Below, one piece after another: positions 10,901 to 25,900 of a stretch of DNA of 64,000 bases. Position numbers and translations under genes: made by a program. Position 1 is the stretch's first letter. The number at the start of each line of letters is the position of its first letter. This stretch comes from Antedon mediterranea (lineage: Eukaryota; Animalia; Echinodermata): contig NC_092677.1 in NCBI RefSeq assembly GCF_964355755.1, positions 3,804,101-3,868,100 on the forward strand. The letters are read 5' to 3'. The notes beneath the pieces were generated by a model that worked only from the letters and a program-made list of their open reading frames with translations, had not been told where the DNA came from and did no database searches.

Positions 10901-13900
10901 ATAGCGACACATACGACACGTCTAAAACTTTCCGTCTGAAGAACGTCAAGATGCGGAATGCAACTTTCAAAAGCGTTAAATCAAAGCTAAGAGTAAGACG
11001 CAATTTTTTTATGTATGAATCAAACCGAAAAGAGCTTTACAGACATTGAAGGGGTCAATAAGGGGTCAAGGGTGAAATATTTAGGAAATCGCACTCTAAG
11101 GTTTGGGTAATTATTACTGTATTCAGTCACAGGTATCCACATATGACATTATCTTTCCAGTATCAGGAAAATTCTGTGATACGGTATACATATGTATCAC
11201 ATGTGTCACCTGATTAACCCATGCTTTAGTATCACATGTGTTACCTGATTAACCCATGCTTAAGTATCACATGTGTCACCTGATTAACCCATGCTTTAGT
11301 ATCACATGTGTTACCTGATTAACCCATGCTTAAGTATCACATGTGTCACCTGATTAACCCATGCGTAAGTATCACATGTGTCACCTGATTAACCCATGCT
11401 TAAGTATCACATGTGTCACCTGATTAACCCATGCTTAAGTATCACATGTGTCACCTGATTAACCCATGCTTAAGTATCACATGTGTCACCTGATTAACCC
11501 ATGCTTAAGTACATGCTTCAGATGTGTATTACAGTATATTGTTAAATCAATGACCTTACCAACTAATTAGCTTCAGGTTGTGATAGCTGATGCTAAACTA
11601 ACAGACTTCACAGAATTATTTGAGTGTTAGGTAAAGAAGAAAATATCAATAACAGATTTTTTTTTATTTCATTCATACACATCCAACAGCACGTAACTCG
11701 CCAGTTACAGGATGGATAAACTATTTAATAATTGATCGTGCTAATAAACTAAGTCTTATTTGAGGCTTAGGGAGTGGAGTTAAAAAAAGTCGTGAGTTAC
11801 AAACCTGGCACTAGGTCAGGATTGAACCCTGGAACTTGGGATTGGGAGGCAAACACATCAACCACTAAGCTGCAGCTCCACCACCTTAAATGTTTACCAC
11901 ATATAATAGTGATATTTAAACTGTAAAGACAGAAAGGGGCACTCTGGTTGGTGGAACAATTTATTTGCATTTTCTTTTTCCTTGTATTCCACCATTATAT
12001 ATACAGTATGTATAAAATAGTCGAAATTGAAATTTGAAAACCTCTTTTCACTCTTTGAATAAATTTGTATAGCCTATAATTGTTAATATTGGTATGCATA
12101 AATATGTAAATCAAAAGGCAAATTACTGAAAAAATGACAATGCTGTGGATATCAGTGGCTGGATCTCAATGGAGATACAAAATAAAACAAGAACTGAAAA
12201 AATGACAATGCTGTAGATATCAGTGGCTGGATCTCAATGAAGATACAAAATGACAATGCTGTGGGTATCAGTGGCTGTATCTCATTGGAGATACAAAATA
12301 AAATAAGAACTGAAAAAATGACAATGCTGTGGATATCAGTGGCTGGATCTCAATGGAGATACAAAATAAAATAAGAACTGAAAAAATGACAATGCTGTAG
12401 ATATCAGTGGCTGGATCTCAATGGAGATACAAAATAAAATAAGCACTGAAAAAATGACAATGCTGTGGGTATCAGTGGCTGGATCTCAATGGAATAAGAA
12501 AATGAAATAAGCAAAACGATAAAGTAAAACAGCCAGAAAAATGAACACTATAGCCCTTCATCAGTACAAATGGCAATTAACATCTGTGTAAATATTAATA
12601 TTTGGGATGTTTATATTCATAAATAAATATGAACAATCCCAAATATTAATATTTGTACAGATGTTAATTGCCATCCACTTACGCACAGTATTGTCACCAA
12701 GATGTTGACGATTGAAATTTGTGACAATGTATTATAATATTTTGTAAGATTTTAAAAATATGCTTTTAAAGTATTTGGATATATTTGGTAACAAACGTAT
12801 TTCTTATTCTCAATGTTTTTAATTTTTAAATAAAGTAAGTAGTAAGTAAGTAAATTTATTGTAATTTGTAAATATATAAAAAAGTTTTACATTGAAATGA
12901 ATTGACCAGATAATTCTCAGACAAATTGACCCAAAATGTTGATATCTTAATTTAAAGAGAAAGGAGGAAGAAAAAAGAAAAGAAGAAGAAATGAAAAAGA
13001 AAAGAGAAGAGGAAGAAAGGCAGCGAAGAATTCGACGAGAACGTGGGATTGAATCGGATGAAGAAGATGAGGAAAAAGGTATATATTTATTTAATATCCT
13101 TTTTTTAACTGTTTTGTAAAAAGTAAGAACTTTTAACAAGATATATTGTCTCATTGAAAAAATAATTCTTAAAAATTTTTTTTTTAATATGTCACATGTA
13201 ATATTGTCACATAATAGTTATTCACTTTGACCAATATTTGGATCGAAAACAAAATTATTTACCTGAAAAAACTGTAATTTAAAGCAAAAAATAGTCAAAT
13301 TGGCTGCCAGCCAATGGGTTTTTGGTTGAATTTAACCATTTATTTTGTCATTTTTTTTTTTTTCGTTACGGAAGGGATTAACTTTGTTAAAACTACAAAA
13401 TAACCCATTTAAAGTCTGATTTAATTAATCTTCATTTTTCATGTTTTTGGGGGACAAATACATCTTTAAGAATATACAAATAATGAATGTTTATGAGTTG
13501 AATGGTGAGAATACAGTATTTTATTAGAGAAATTGACTGCTATATTGAATGAAACAAAGCCGAGTTAAATATAACAATTTTCAACAAATACAGAACAGTC
13601 ATTATTTGTTTTATAACACACTTACTGTCCATTATCGTCGAAGGGAATCTAGGTCATTCAAAAAGGCAGCACTCAAATTTTGAACGAGGAGTACAATAGT
13701 TATAGAGGTTAATTAAATTAGAATATTTTTTTAGCGAAAACTAATTAAAACATAAACCTGTCAAGAAAGGTATGCAGGGCAGAATAATATGATATATTTA
13801 TGTTGTTATCTGTTTTTTATTTCAGAAGAGGAAGAAGAGCAATTACCTCCTCTTTACGTACCAGACGAACCAAATTCAATTCACTGCGGGTTTTACTCTA

Positions 13901-16900
13901 CTCATGATCCAAACAAGTTTTGGGTTTCTATGGTAAATATAATAATATAATAAACATAATAATAATTCTTACCCCAGTCATTGAATCAAATACATGGACA
14001 GCTCCATAATTCCAGTAATCAGTGCAGTTGTGTTTGACCCTATAACCCTACTACGTATCCAATTATGTTACTAATGGGTATACTGATGTAATCATATTTA
14101 AAATTTGTTTTGTAGGGTAGCTACGATGCTGGATATCTGTACGAATGCGACTTTCCAGATGAGAAAAAGAATCTGCAGCTGAAGCGAGAGGATCGTGAAG
14201 ATGATATTGGGGATCCATGTCAAGCAGTTCCAGTAACTGACAGTAATGATGTCCCTATCAGGAACATCACATTCAGGTATTGACACATCTATTATGATGA
14301 CAAACAAGTGTGATGTGCCCAAATATGGTAGTGATATACCCAAATATGGTGGTGATATGACATCATCATGTCCATATATAGGTACTTCACATTTTGTTGT
14401 CACATAAAGTTTAATAGTGTAATATGATGTCAGATCTCGCGCAATTAAATATTTAATGTTGAATTCTAATTAAAACCTTTTAATTTATTCCAGTAAAAAT
14501 GGTCAGCAGGTTATATTTGGCTTTGAAGATGGTTCAATCCGAATCCAATCAATCAATCAAGATGGATTGAAATTCAAACCAAACACCTCACATGGAGACT
14601 TAACAGGTCTTGGACCTTATTGGACGTTGAATGTGCACGACAACAACTACGGTGAAGTGACCAGCGTGGCTACCAGTATGGATGACCGTTACATCTTCAC
14701 TACTGGTACCGATGGTAACTTCTTTGTCTATAGGCTGATGACGCAGGAACAGATTGAGGAAGCTAAGGCGATTGCTAAAGCTAAGATTCCATCCGCTAGG
14801 GTAAGTGATGTTTTACCTTAAGCTCTGTCTAAACTATCAAACTAGACAAAAAAGTGTGATGTTATGGTTGTTATATGACATCATCATGTACATATATGGA
14901 CACATCACATGAAGTTTGATAGTGTAGACAAGGCTTTAGAAAGAGTACAATTATTTTTGTAACTTACTTTTTACTGTGGCCCTTCAGATGAAACGTCGAG
15001 CCGATAGTCCCATACGATGCACGCTAAAGGTAAAAGAAAAGCACTGCTCGCTGCCGTGGGGCCACAGAACTTCCTCAGTTTCCAGTTAAAGTTTGAGCAT
15101 GATTATAATTACATTTTACAGTGTTCAAATTTAGTTTTTATTGCTCAAATTTAGTATTCAATTTTAGCTTTTGTAAGATTTGAATTTTATCCAGAAACTG
15201 AATTCTATTTCACTCAATTAGTTGGAACTTTATATGCCTTAAATTTATATTGTAGCATTATATGCCATATGCTTTAGTTAGTAAGTGTTGAACATCAATC
15301 ATTATGTGCAAATTTAATCTAGAATTATTAAATCTATATATGAGTTAAATTTCTTTATGGACTTTGTATGCTCTAAGTTATAGATATTGCAACATATGTT
15401 CGGTAAGAATATGTTTCAGTGAAAAGTCAAATAGAAATGTTTGAATTATCAATGTGATTGCAATGTAAATGAAATTAATTGTTTGATATTTGTTGATAGT
15501 AGAGGTTGTGCCTTATGTTCATAGCATTGAAAAGATTGTTTGAAAAGTAAAATTATTTGTTTAATAAGTTATTGTTTGGGAACAATTTTGTGTGTTAGAG
15601 CATGGATTAAAGAATAGAAATGTAGAGGCTAAGAGAATCTCTCCAAAAAAATAAAATTACCTGGTCTTTTTTGAGAAATGATTAATGGAATTCATTGATC
15701 GTCTACTGTAACATCATTTGAATGCATTCACTCCAAATCTGAGGTCATGAAAAAAGGGTGATGTGGCCAAATATCGTGTCCATATATGGAACTGTGAAAG
15801 AACCACTTAAGCTCTGTCTACACTATCAAACTTTATGTGACAAAAAATGTGATGTGCCCATATATGAACACGATGAAGTCGTATCACTACCATATTTGGA
15901 CACATCACACTTTTTTTTGTCAAACTAGTTTGATAGTTTAGATGAGTGTTACCTTTATACTTATATTGTCATTAAAATATGAATATAAACACTTATATCT
16001 ACACTATCAAAGTAGTTAACAAAAAAGTTTGATGTTCCCAAATATGGTAGTTATATGTTTCAAATATGGTAGTAATATGACATCATCATGTCCACATTTA
16101 TTTGTCAGAATTATCTTATATGCTGATATTAGAACACCTGTTGATTATCTCATGAAATCACTTAATTGGAAACATATAAATCAACGATGGGACCATAATA
16201 TTCTTATAATGACCTTTAAATGTTTAACAGGTACTGTTCCCGATTACCTAATTGATTTATGATTTTATTGATAATTATCATAATTTAAATACAAGAAGCA
16301 AATCGAAAAACACTTTAGTCTTACCAAAATGGCATAATGATTCTGGTAAAAGAACATTTCAATACCGCTCAGTCAAACTCTGGAATAATCTTTCACCAGA
16401 TATTCGCAGCTCTATAAATTCATTAACTTTGCAATCGTTTAAAAATTTGATCTAATTGGTTTTTTTCTCTTGCTTCTTGTGATATTGTAGTCTTTAAAAA
16501 CGTTTTCATAATTTTCCATTTTTATTGTTTATATTTGTAATTTGTAAGTGTTAACTGGACTTCAAGGAAGAATAATGTACAAATATTGAATGAATATCAG
16601 AATAAAGAAAGATTTCTATCTATCTATCTATAAAGTTTGATAGTGTGAGATTAACACTAGTAACTAACTAGCCTATCATGGACTAGTCGGCAAAAACATG
16701 TATGTACACCTACAGTATGTACTATCATTCACTACAGTATGTACTATCATTCTCTATTCACAGAAAGAAGATATAGAAAGGAAGGTAGATGATATTGAAA
16801 ATAAAGACCATTACAGCATTGAGGTTGAGAAGCAGAAGGCAGAACATGACAGAATGATGAAGCTTGCCGAAGAGAAGAAAATGAACGTACGAAGAACAAT

Positions 16901-19900
16901 TGCTAGACTGAGACGCCAGTTTAAGAAACTTCTGGAATCAAACGCTGACCTGCCAGAACATTTGCAGCTAGAAAGAATGGTAAAGATATTTTCTGACATT
17001 ACATTATTATTTTTCTTTTATGCATATTTCCAAGGGTAGCCGTAAGAGAGTTCAATAATAAAAATAGATAGAATTGTTTCTGCTTTTAGGAATTTGAAAT
17101 GGATCCAGAGATTAAGAAAGATATGGAACGGCAAACAGCACAGAGAATTGAACTTGTTCGTAAAGAATTGGCATGGGAATCTGATAAGCATCAGATTGCT
17201 CTAGACAAGCTGAAGAAAAGGTAATTATCAATTCAGAGTCTCAACATTTTGTACCTCAGAGCAAACTATTCAACTGTGTCGGTTCTGTTGTGATATTCTA
17301 AATGAGTCAAATCACTAATAACTGGACATCTGGCTTAGAGTATGTGCACATTAAAGAACACAGTGCATGTTGTTTGTAGGACCCCTCAGGATACAAACCT
17401 CCGGGTTTAGAGGGTTATCCTTTGCTCCTGCTCGTTTTTTGTTGTCTTTGTTCTGTTTTTGTTGTTTGTTAAGTCTGCGACTTTTGATGTATATATACGT
17501 GTATATATTTCTGTAACACTGTTATTTTTATATGAGCAAAAAATAAAAACAAACAAACAAACTGCACTGTGACTACTGTAGGTCCATGTAGGACCTACAG
17601 TAATTTGAATTTCCGCATTTGAGAATCAAATAAAACAAATGTATTTATTTATTATTTGTTTGCAGATTCAAGAATGAGCTTGAATGTGAAAGAATCACAG
17701 TGATATCAATCCAGAGTTCTCACGAGGTGTCCACATTCCGTACGTCAGAACTCTCTGAGGACTTCTACCAGTTGAAAGCAGATATGGTCAGTCGTCAAGC
17801 AACCAGAATGACTGAGAGAGGGCTGAGCAGAGATCCTACCAGAGAAGCTCTTCTACGGCAGGCCAAGAGATCAGAGAGTGAATCTGATACCATGATCGGC
17901 ATTGGGGCACAAGATCACAAGAAGACCATGGTGCTTACTGGCAGACTTGGAGAGAAAGTTGCCAATGCTTTGCAGAAAGCGGAAAGAATTAAGAAGAAGA
18001 GAGAAGCCAGAAAGGCACAGGTTGGTAATCATCATTTTTCCCTGCTCTGAGTCCGACATATTTTCATGGTTCATTAGAAACTTAAGTCAAATCTGCTAGT
18101 GCAATATCTTTAATAGGCCATAACAAAATATCACTAATAAATGTAAATTGAAATGCAATGGCCACAGAAAGAGAGAAAGTTTTACCGATTGTTTCACACT
18201 TCAACATCTCCAAATATGGTATTGATATGACATCATCATGTCCATATATGGGCACATCACATTTTGTTGTCACATAAAGTTTGATAGTGTAGAAAGAGCT
18301 TAAGGCTTTGTTCTTTTTTAAAATGATTATTTTTCTTTTCCAGTGGGTGGAACTGCATGAACACAAGCCCCCTGAAGACTATGAAGACCCAGATGACATT
18401 CGTGCCATCAAAGAAGCCCAGGAACACATGGGAGACTTCAAGTTAAAGACCGCTAAAGACTATGTAGTGCCGGAGCATCTGCGCATGAATGCACACAAGA
18501 AACTGAATCAACTGATTATCCTTAAGGAATTGGTATGTTAATCTTGTAATTTGTTGTGTATTACTGTATATTGTTTCTTTAATATTCTGTTGAAATTATA
18601 TGTATATTGTGACAGCACACATCGCTATTTCTCATAATCATTATCATTTTTATTATTTATTATATGATAAGTTTTATCAAATCATCACATGAAATGAATC
18701 TTTATTTGGAATAAAGAAGTCTTATTAGTATGAAACAACCTAAAGCTCTGTTCACACTATCAAACTTTATGTGAGAAAAAAATGTGATGTGCCCATATAT
18801 GGACATGATGATGTCATATCACTACCATATTTGGGCATATCATCTTTTTTTTGTTTGATAGTGAAGACAGAGCTTAAAGTTCAAATTTATTCTTTACAGC
18901 TACACGAACACAAATACGAATTCAACCAAAAGGTAATCGGCCTGCGAAACAAGAAAGTGCGTATGATCACCGACATCAAAGGCTATATACAAGATCTGGT
19001 TGAGCTTCAGAAGGAAATGCCGATGGAGCAGCATAAGCCACTCCCAACCTGTCCAGATCTCCACCCATGTGAAGTACCAGAGAAGTAAGAATAGTTTGGT
19101 TTTTTGATTCTGCGGATCTTTTTGTGCGATATTCACCAGTCACATGATTCTCAGTACTGTATCTGTAATTTGTCCAGTTTAATAAACATATTCTGAAATA
19201 CAGTGTTACATCTGTATCACATGTGATGCCTGTATTATATTCAGGTTAAGCTTATGGTTTATTATTCTGATATTGTCATATACAATACAGAGAACAGGTG
19301 CTAAGTAAGACATTTTCCTTAAATTTACAAGTTAATAAATATTTTTCTTAAATGGTATATTATTCATTTAATCTTTAAAGCATTTCCGAATAGCTGAATA
19401 TGGACACCACTGTCTTAGTTGATCAGGTTGTTTCGTATCCATTTTTCTATGGTTGTAATAAATTATTTTAATTGATTGAATTGATTGAAATATATATTTA
19501 TACTGGATAACCTCTTCAGTCAAAGACTGGTCTCCCAGAGGGCCCAGTTATGATCAGTGGCTGTGATGTACTAGTACACCGGGGTAACCCCCTACTCGTC
19601 TCGAAAGATGTACTAGGTTCTTTAAAGTGCACACGAGCTAGATGTGTACACTGGACCTACGGTTTTAGTCCTTATCCGAGAAGACTCGTTGTACCTCCAG
19701 AACCGGAGTGAGTAAGCCTCGAACCCCTGCCGATAATATGGCTACGTAATTACGGTTCCACTGTCTTAACCGCTCGGCCACTCACTCTCTTTAATTTTAG
19801 GAAATTTGAGTACACTAGAGAGAGCTTGTTAAAGTTCAAAGAAGAGATGGCAGTGAGAGCAGTGAATGAAATCAAGGGTATAGACAGTGGTGGGTTTGGA

Positions 19901-22900
19901 GGATTTGGTGGATTTGGTGGAGGAGCTGCACCCCCACCTCCGGAGCCAATGGTAAAGTCTTAGTTACCTTTGTCAATGTTTTCATCCTGTTTGCATATTG
20001 TGAGGATATATCAATAGTTGAAAAAAAAAAAACAACTTGTTTAAAGTTCATTTCTTTAGATAAAAAGAACTATTATTGATAAATAAAGATTCCAAAGTTT
20101 TTTCACTTAAGCAGTACTTAACTATCTTAAGAAAATTTCTTACCTTTGCCGAAAAAGTTATGTTTTCACCCTATTGTGAGGATATTTCAATATAGTTAAT
20201 ACAATTTGTAAAATGTTCAGTCCGTTATATAAAAAGAAAATTTTTGATAAATTTTCAGTTTTTCACTTAAGCACTACTTATCTATCTTAAGCAAAACTAT
20301 TGATGCGACTGCTTGCCCTGATTCCAATCATGCACCTCTGTTGAAATTCAACTCTATTTACAATTTGTTTTCCTTCTTTAGAAGCAAGAATCGGCTACTC
20401 CTACCAAAATAGGCACACCAAAGCAGATTGTTTCGTCCATGTCTGTGCGCTCAGGTGTGTCGGTTGAGAATATATCCTCTCCCGGAAAAGAACTGTCTGT
20501 GTTGGAACAGCAGCTGCTGAAAGTGAAAGAAATAAGAGTTCTATACCGGCAGGATACCATCTTGAAGAAGATTGATGAACTGATCAGAAACTTTGATGCA
20601 GAGCTTCGTATTCTCCGACATTACAAGTTCAAAGAGGACATTGACCTCAAGAATGCTGACCTTCGGTATGATGATACGATTGTTCTTTAAATGATAATTT
20701 TGACTTTTAAGCGCATAATGCATATAAAGTTTCTATGCTCTTCACATAAAAAAAAATAAAATGAAATAAGTCAAATAAGAAAGAGCAATGGTAAATGTTA
20801 GTGGCACTGCGTAAATTAGCTTACCAATCTTTAAATCTGTGATTTTTTCATATCCAAAAACAGTATCACAAACTAAGCTTCAACAGCTAGAGAACATTCT
20901 TAAATTACATTATGAGAAAAATAAGTATTAGTTGTGATCTTAAGGAACCAAATCATAATACACGTATTTACAGCTCTTGTCTGTCCTCAGTGCTCCCTTT
21001 GGCGATAGTTGTCATTTACAGCTCTTGTCTGTCCTCAGTGCTCCCTTTGGCGATAGTTGTCATTTACAGCTCTTGTCTGTCCTCAGTGCTCCCTTTGGCG
21101 ATAGTTGTCATTTACAGCTCTTGTCTGTCCTCAGTGCTCCTTTTGGCGATAGTTGTCATTTACAGCTCTTGTCTGTCCTCAGTGCTCCCTTTGGCGATAG
21201 TTGTCATTGACAGCTGTTGTCTGTCCTCAGTGCTCCCTTTGGCGATAGTTGTCATTGACAGCTCTTGTCTGTCCTCAGTGCTCCTTTTGGCGATAGTTGT
21301 CATTTACAGCTCTTGTCTGTCCTCAGTGCTCCCTTTGGCGATAGTTGTCATTTACAGCTCTTGTCTGTCCTCAGTGCTCCCTTTGGCGATAGTTGTCATT
21401 TACAGCTCTTGTCTGTCCTCAGTGCTCCCTTTGGCGATAGTTGTCATTTACAGCTCTTGTCTGTCCTCAGTGCTCCTTTTGGCGATAGTTGTCATTTACA
21501 GCTCTTGTCTGTCCTCAGTGCTCCTTTTTTATGTTTCACTGAAAGAAATAAATAAATAATATTTTTTTAATTTTTTGTAGACATGTAACATTATTCGAAG
21601 AGCTGCAACTTCTCAAAGAGTTTGAGAAAAGCGAGAATGTCCTCGCAGCGAAAGTGGAAAGCAAGGAGAACGAGAAAGAAGAAATGCAGATTAAAGTTGC
21701 AGAATGTAAAGCGAAATTAGACGCCAAGAGAAAAGACATCGATCGTCTTCATGACAAAGAGAAGGCTTTGTACGCCCAGTTTCAGGCGTCTCTTGGCGAG
21801 AACAACAAGTTTGCAGAGTTCTTGACAAAGGTGTTTAAGAAGAAAATTAAAAGAGCCAAGAAAAAAGCTCTGGCTGAGGATGGAGGTTAGTTTGAGTTAC
21901 CAAAATGGCAAAAAAAGATATGTTACTGAAATAAGAAATAATGATAAGATCAATACTCTTTAAAATAATCACTTTATTATTAATAAAAAAATGTGAATAT
22001 TAAAAGATAGCTGTAAAACTTTGAACTTTTGTTTATCACCAGCCTCTGATGATGAAAGTGAAGAAAGTTCTGACGATGATTCTGATTGGTCAAGTGAGGA
22101 AGAAGACAGTGACGAGGACGGACTAGATGATTCTGTTTGTCCACCAGGATGTGATCAGGTAAATTGAGAAGTTTGACTATTCCACTTTCCTGTGTTTTTT
22201 CTGTGTTTCTCCTGTGTTTCTGAAGCACTGATGAAGAAAGTGAATCTAGTGGGGACTATAGAAAGGACTGAAGACATTTCAAACTTTCATTTTAAAATAA
22301 TTACCTTTTTTAATATTTATTTTCAAGGCTTTGTTTGACAACACATGTGCTCTACGTGAGAAACGACTTGACTTTGAAGAGTTACTGGCTGAGGAGAAAA
22401 AGACAGCTGATGCGCTTAAGAAAGAGACGGACACTCTCAACCGCAAACAGAAGATTATTGACAATGCGCTCTCTACAGCTGAGGGTGACCTAGAGGCATT
22501 TCAAGTGTGTGGATAGTAGATATATTAACATTTAGTTATGATTCTTAAGCTCTGTCTACATTATCAAACTTTATGTGTCTAAAAAAATGTGATGTGCCCA
22601 TATATGGACATGATGATGTCATATCACTGCCATATTTGGGCATATCACTACCATATTTGGGCACATAAAGTTTGATGTAGACAGAGCTTTAGAACATTGC
22701 TCTATTATGATAAAAACAACAGCATTGATTTCAGGTGGTAAAAAAAAAATTAGGATTGATTATTATAAAAAAATGTTAAATTAAAAATTGTTGAACTTAT
22801 AAAAAATATAGAGTTAATTGAGATAAAGAGATCTTTTTTTGAAATCAGCTTGAGAAACAACAGAAGTTGAACGAGCTTGACATCGTAGTGACTCTGAAAC

Positions 22901-25900
22901 TGCACCAAGTTGAACATGTTGTCAATGGCTCCTTGCCTCAAGATCTGTCTTCAACCCTTGTGTTCACTAACAACAGCATGGTGAGGTTGCAGCGGCGTAT
23001 CACAGAGCTTAAAGAAGAGAAGACAGCACAGAGACGGCTCTATAAGTAAGATTTGTGATAGGGATCATGTCGAAACATTTTCTACTGCAGTAACTACATT
23101 TTCTACTGCAGTAATTACATTTTCTACTGCACTAACTACATTTTCTACTGCACTAACTACATTTTCTACTGCACTAACTACATTTTCTACTGCACTAACT
23201 ACATTTTCTACTGCACTAACTACATTTTCTACTGCATTAACTACATTTTCTTCTGCAGTAACTGCATTTTCTACTGCAATACTACATTTTCTCCTGCATT
23301 AACTACATTTTTTCTACTGCAGTAACCATATTTTCTACTGCAGTAACTACATTTTCTACTGCAGTAACATTTCTTCTACTGCAGTAACTAACTTTCTACA
23401 TTAATGTTTTTTAGTTTGTTTAAAAATTCATTAGGCAGTCACTGCAATTTACCCAAAAAGATGACTAAATATTGACCTATAAAATAAATATATAGTTACT
23501 GTACTGCATTAGAATAATTGTGACATGATTCCTCCGACAGTACATTCAGAGTTTGTCATCTTTTCCTATATTGATAATTATTCCTCAAAACACGCTGAAT
23601 TTACTTACCACTTTTCAACGCAATAATTGTAAAAGAAAAGAAAAAAAATGATTTATTGATGACTACTTTAATTATACAGGGAACATCGGCAGCAACATGT
23701 GCGTTTAATCAAAGAACGCAAGTTGATGGAGACACGCATCGTCGAACTTGAGGAGCAGTGCAAGGAATCCATGATCCAGAAGTTTGGATGTGTGGTTGAT
23801 CTTGAGAAAATTGAAACACTGGGCGTCAACAGAAACATTGAAGAGTTGAAAGAGAGGATTCGACAGAATGAAGTGACAAATACCAACGATTTACAGAAAT
23901 GGCAGGTTAGTGAAGGAATCATATTACAATTATTCTACTGCAGTTACTGCAGCAACTACATAAATATTCAACTCCAATAACATGATTTTAGCTTGTTTGA
24001 AAGAAAAAGTTTATAACTACAATAAATAGTAAATTCGCAGCGTATGTGGCAATTGACGTTTGTCGCTGCATAGTCCCAGATTAATATTTAAAACAAATAG
24101 TTTGACATGTCCCTTCTAAACAACCAAAGTAAAATTTTAACCATCATTAGTACTACTACTTTATATAAAAATCTTAAAACATAATTTGACATTGTTTAGG
24201 AAAAGATAGAAAGCAAAAAGGATCGAATAACGGAACTTACTAGAGAGAATACAGAGGCAATCCGACACCTAACCATGCTTCTTGGGGAGAATAAGGGATT
24301 AGAGAAGGCTCTTGACTCCAGACAAAAGACACTGGTATGTTTATGTGTGTGAAACTCTTTAACACTGATTGCTGTGGAAGGAAATCACCATTTCTAATAA
24401 TCTTCACGTTTTGCTTGTGTGAATTAATATTCTTTACTCCATGTGTGAATAAAAAGAAAAAAATGATGTTGATTATTTTAGATTTTAACGACTCAAGTTC
24501 ATAAATTCGCCATGTCATATCAGCCGAGAGTAAGAGAGATATAATATAATAGGCCTGAAAAGATTTACGTTTTTGCTCCAAACAATCACATATATACAAA
24601 GTTAACAAATTTGTTGAAATGACATAAGTGCATGTATGTTGCATGGTAGGTTTTAAGCTCTGTCTATGCTATCATACTAGTTTGACAAAAGAAGTACCCA
24701 AATATGGTAGTAATATGCTTAAATATGGTAGTGATATGACATCATCATGTCCATAAAATGTGCACACCACATTTTTTTAGTTTGATAGTGTAGACAGAAC
24801 TTTATTAAAAAGTGTGTTTTGTATATGATTATGACAATGAGAACTTTGATGATGTTTTGTTTTGTTTTATCCTTTATTCATATTTTCTATATTACATATG
24901 TAGTACTATTTTCGTTTTCACAATATTCATTTTACTTTTATTTCACTCATTATACTGTATAGTGTGTATAACATTCATTTTTAACTTCACTTTATTCCAT
25001 TCTTGTTGTTTTCTGTGCATATATTTATATTATTACAGTATGTACATAATATATGTATTTGTATGTGAGGAATCTTTCCCTACAACATTGTACCTCTGTC
25101 CATATTCACAAATTGCACTTAAGTGTAAATATTTCCCAAAAGGATGTCTCCCTGAAAAAAATACTTTTTTTCTATTGAAGTCAAGTGTCAAATTGCAAAA
25201 TGGCCTATTCAAAGTCTTTTTTTGAATGATCTTTATTTTTGATGTTTTTGGGGGACAAATACATGTTTAAATATAAAGTATTTCACTTAAGTCAATTTAC
25301 AGATTACCTTTAAGATAGTAATAGTTATACAGCATGTATGTATTTCTATTTGTTCATTTATATATTTTTACTGATACAGTAGATCCCTATTAAAGCGTGG
25401 TTCCCACTAGCGACGCAACACAAGGACGTAACGCAACGCAAGTGAATTGACCAATCACAAGCGATGGCTTATTCGCTTGTGATTTCTAAAGCGTGGTTCC
25501 CACTAGCGACGCAACACAAGGACGTAACGCAACGCAAGTGAATTGACCAATCACAAGCGATGGCTTATTCGCTTGTGATTGCTAACTGTCTATAACTTCG
25601 CTTGTCATTGGTTAAAACGCTTGCGTTGCGCTTACGTCCTTGCGTTACGTGCTAGTGGGAACCGAGCTATTAAGGGGACATTTTGTGGATTTTTAAAAGG
25701 TGTCCCCTTAATAGGGGTTTATGTTCTAGTATAATCCCTCAAATTTTAAATGTATAGTGAATGTGGTGTTTTTCATCATAATATTTTGCACTCCTAATTG
25801 AATTACTGCACCAACTGTCTTACTTGGAGAATAGCCTCACCTGGGACTACTATCGACTATAGTGATCCCATACCTCACACTCTTAATTCATTGTGTGCCG

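Noticed and set aside
11194-11512. 35-bp repeat array superficially like a CRISPR array
   Set aside because: There are no unique spacers and no cas genes, and it lies in a eukaryotic intron. The same applies to the other arrays.
20912-21559. 215-aa repetitive ORF ([16 protein letters not shown])n and overlapping ORFs
   Set aside because: These are translations of a 48-bp intronic minisatellite. A unit length divisible by 3 keeps frames open, and there is no gene context.
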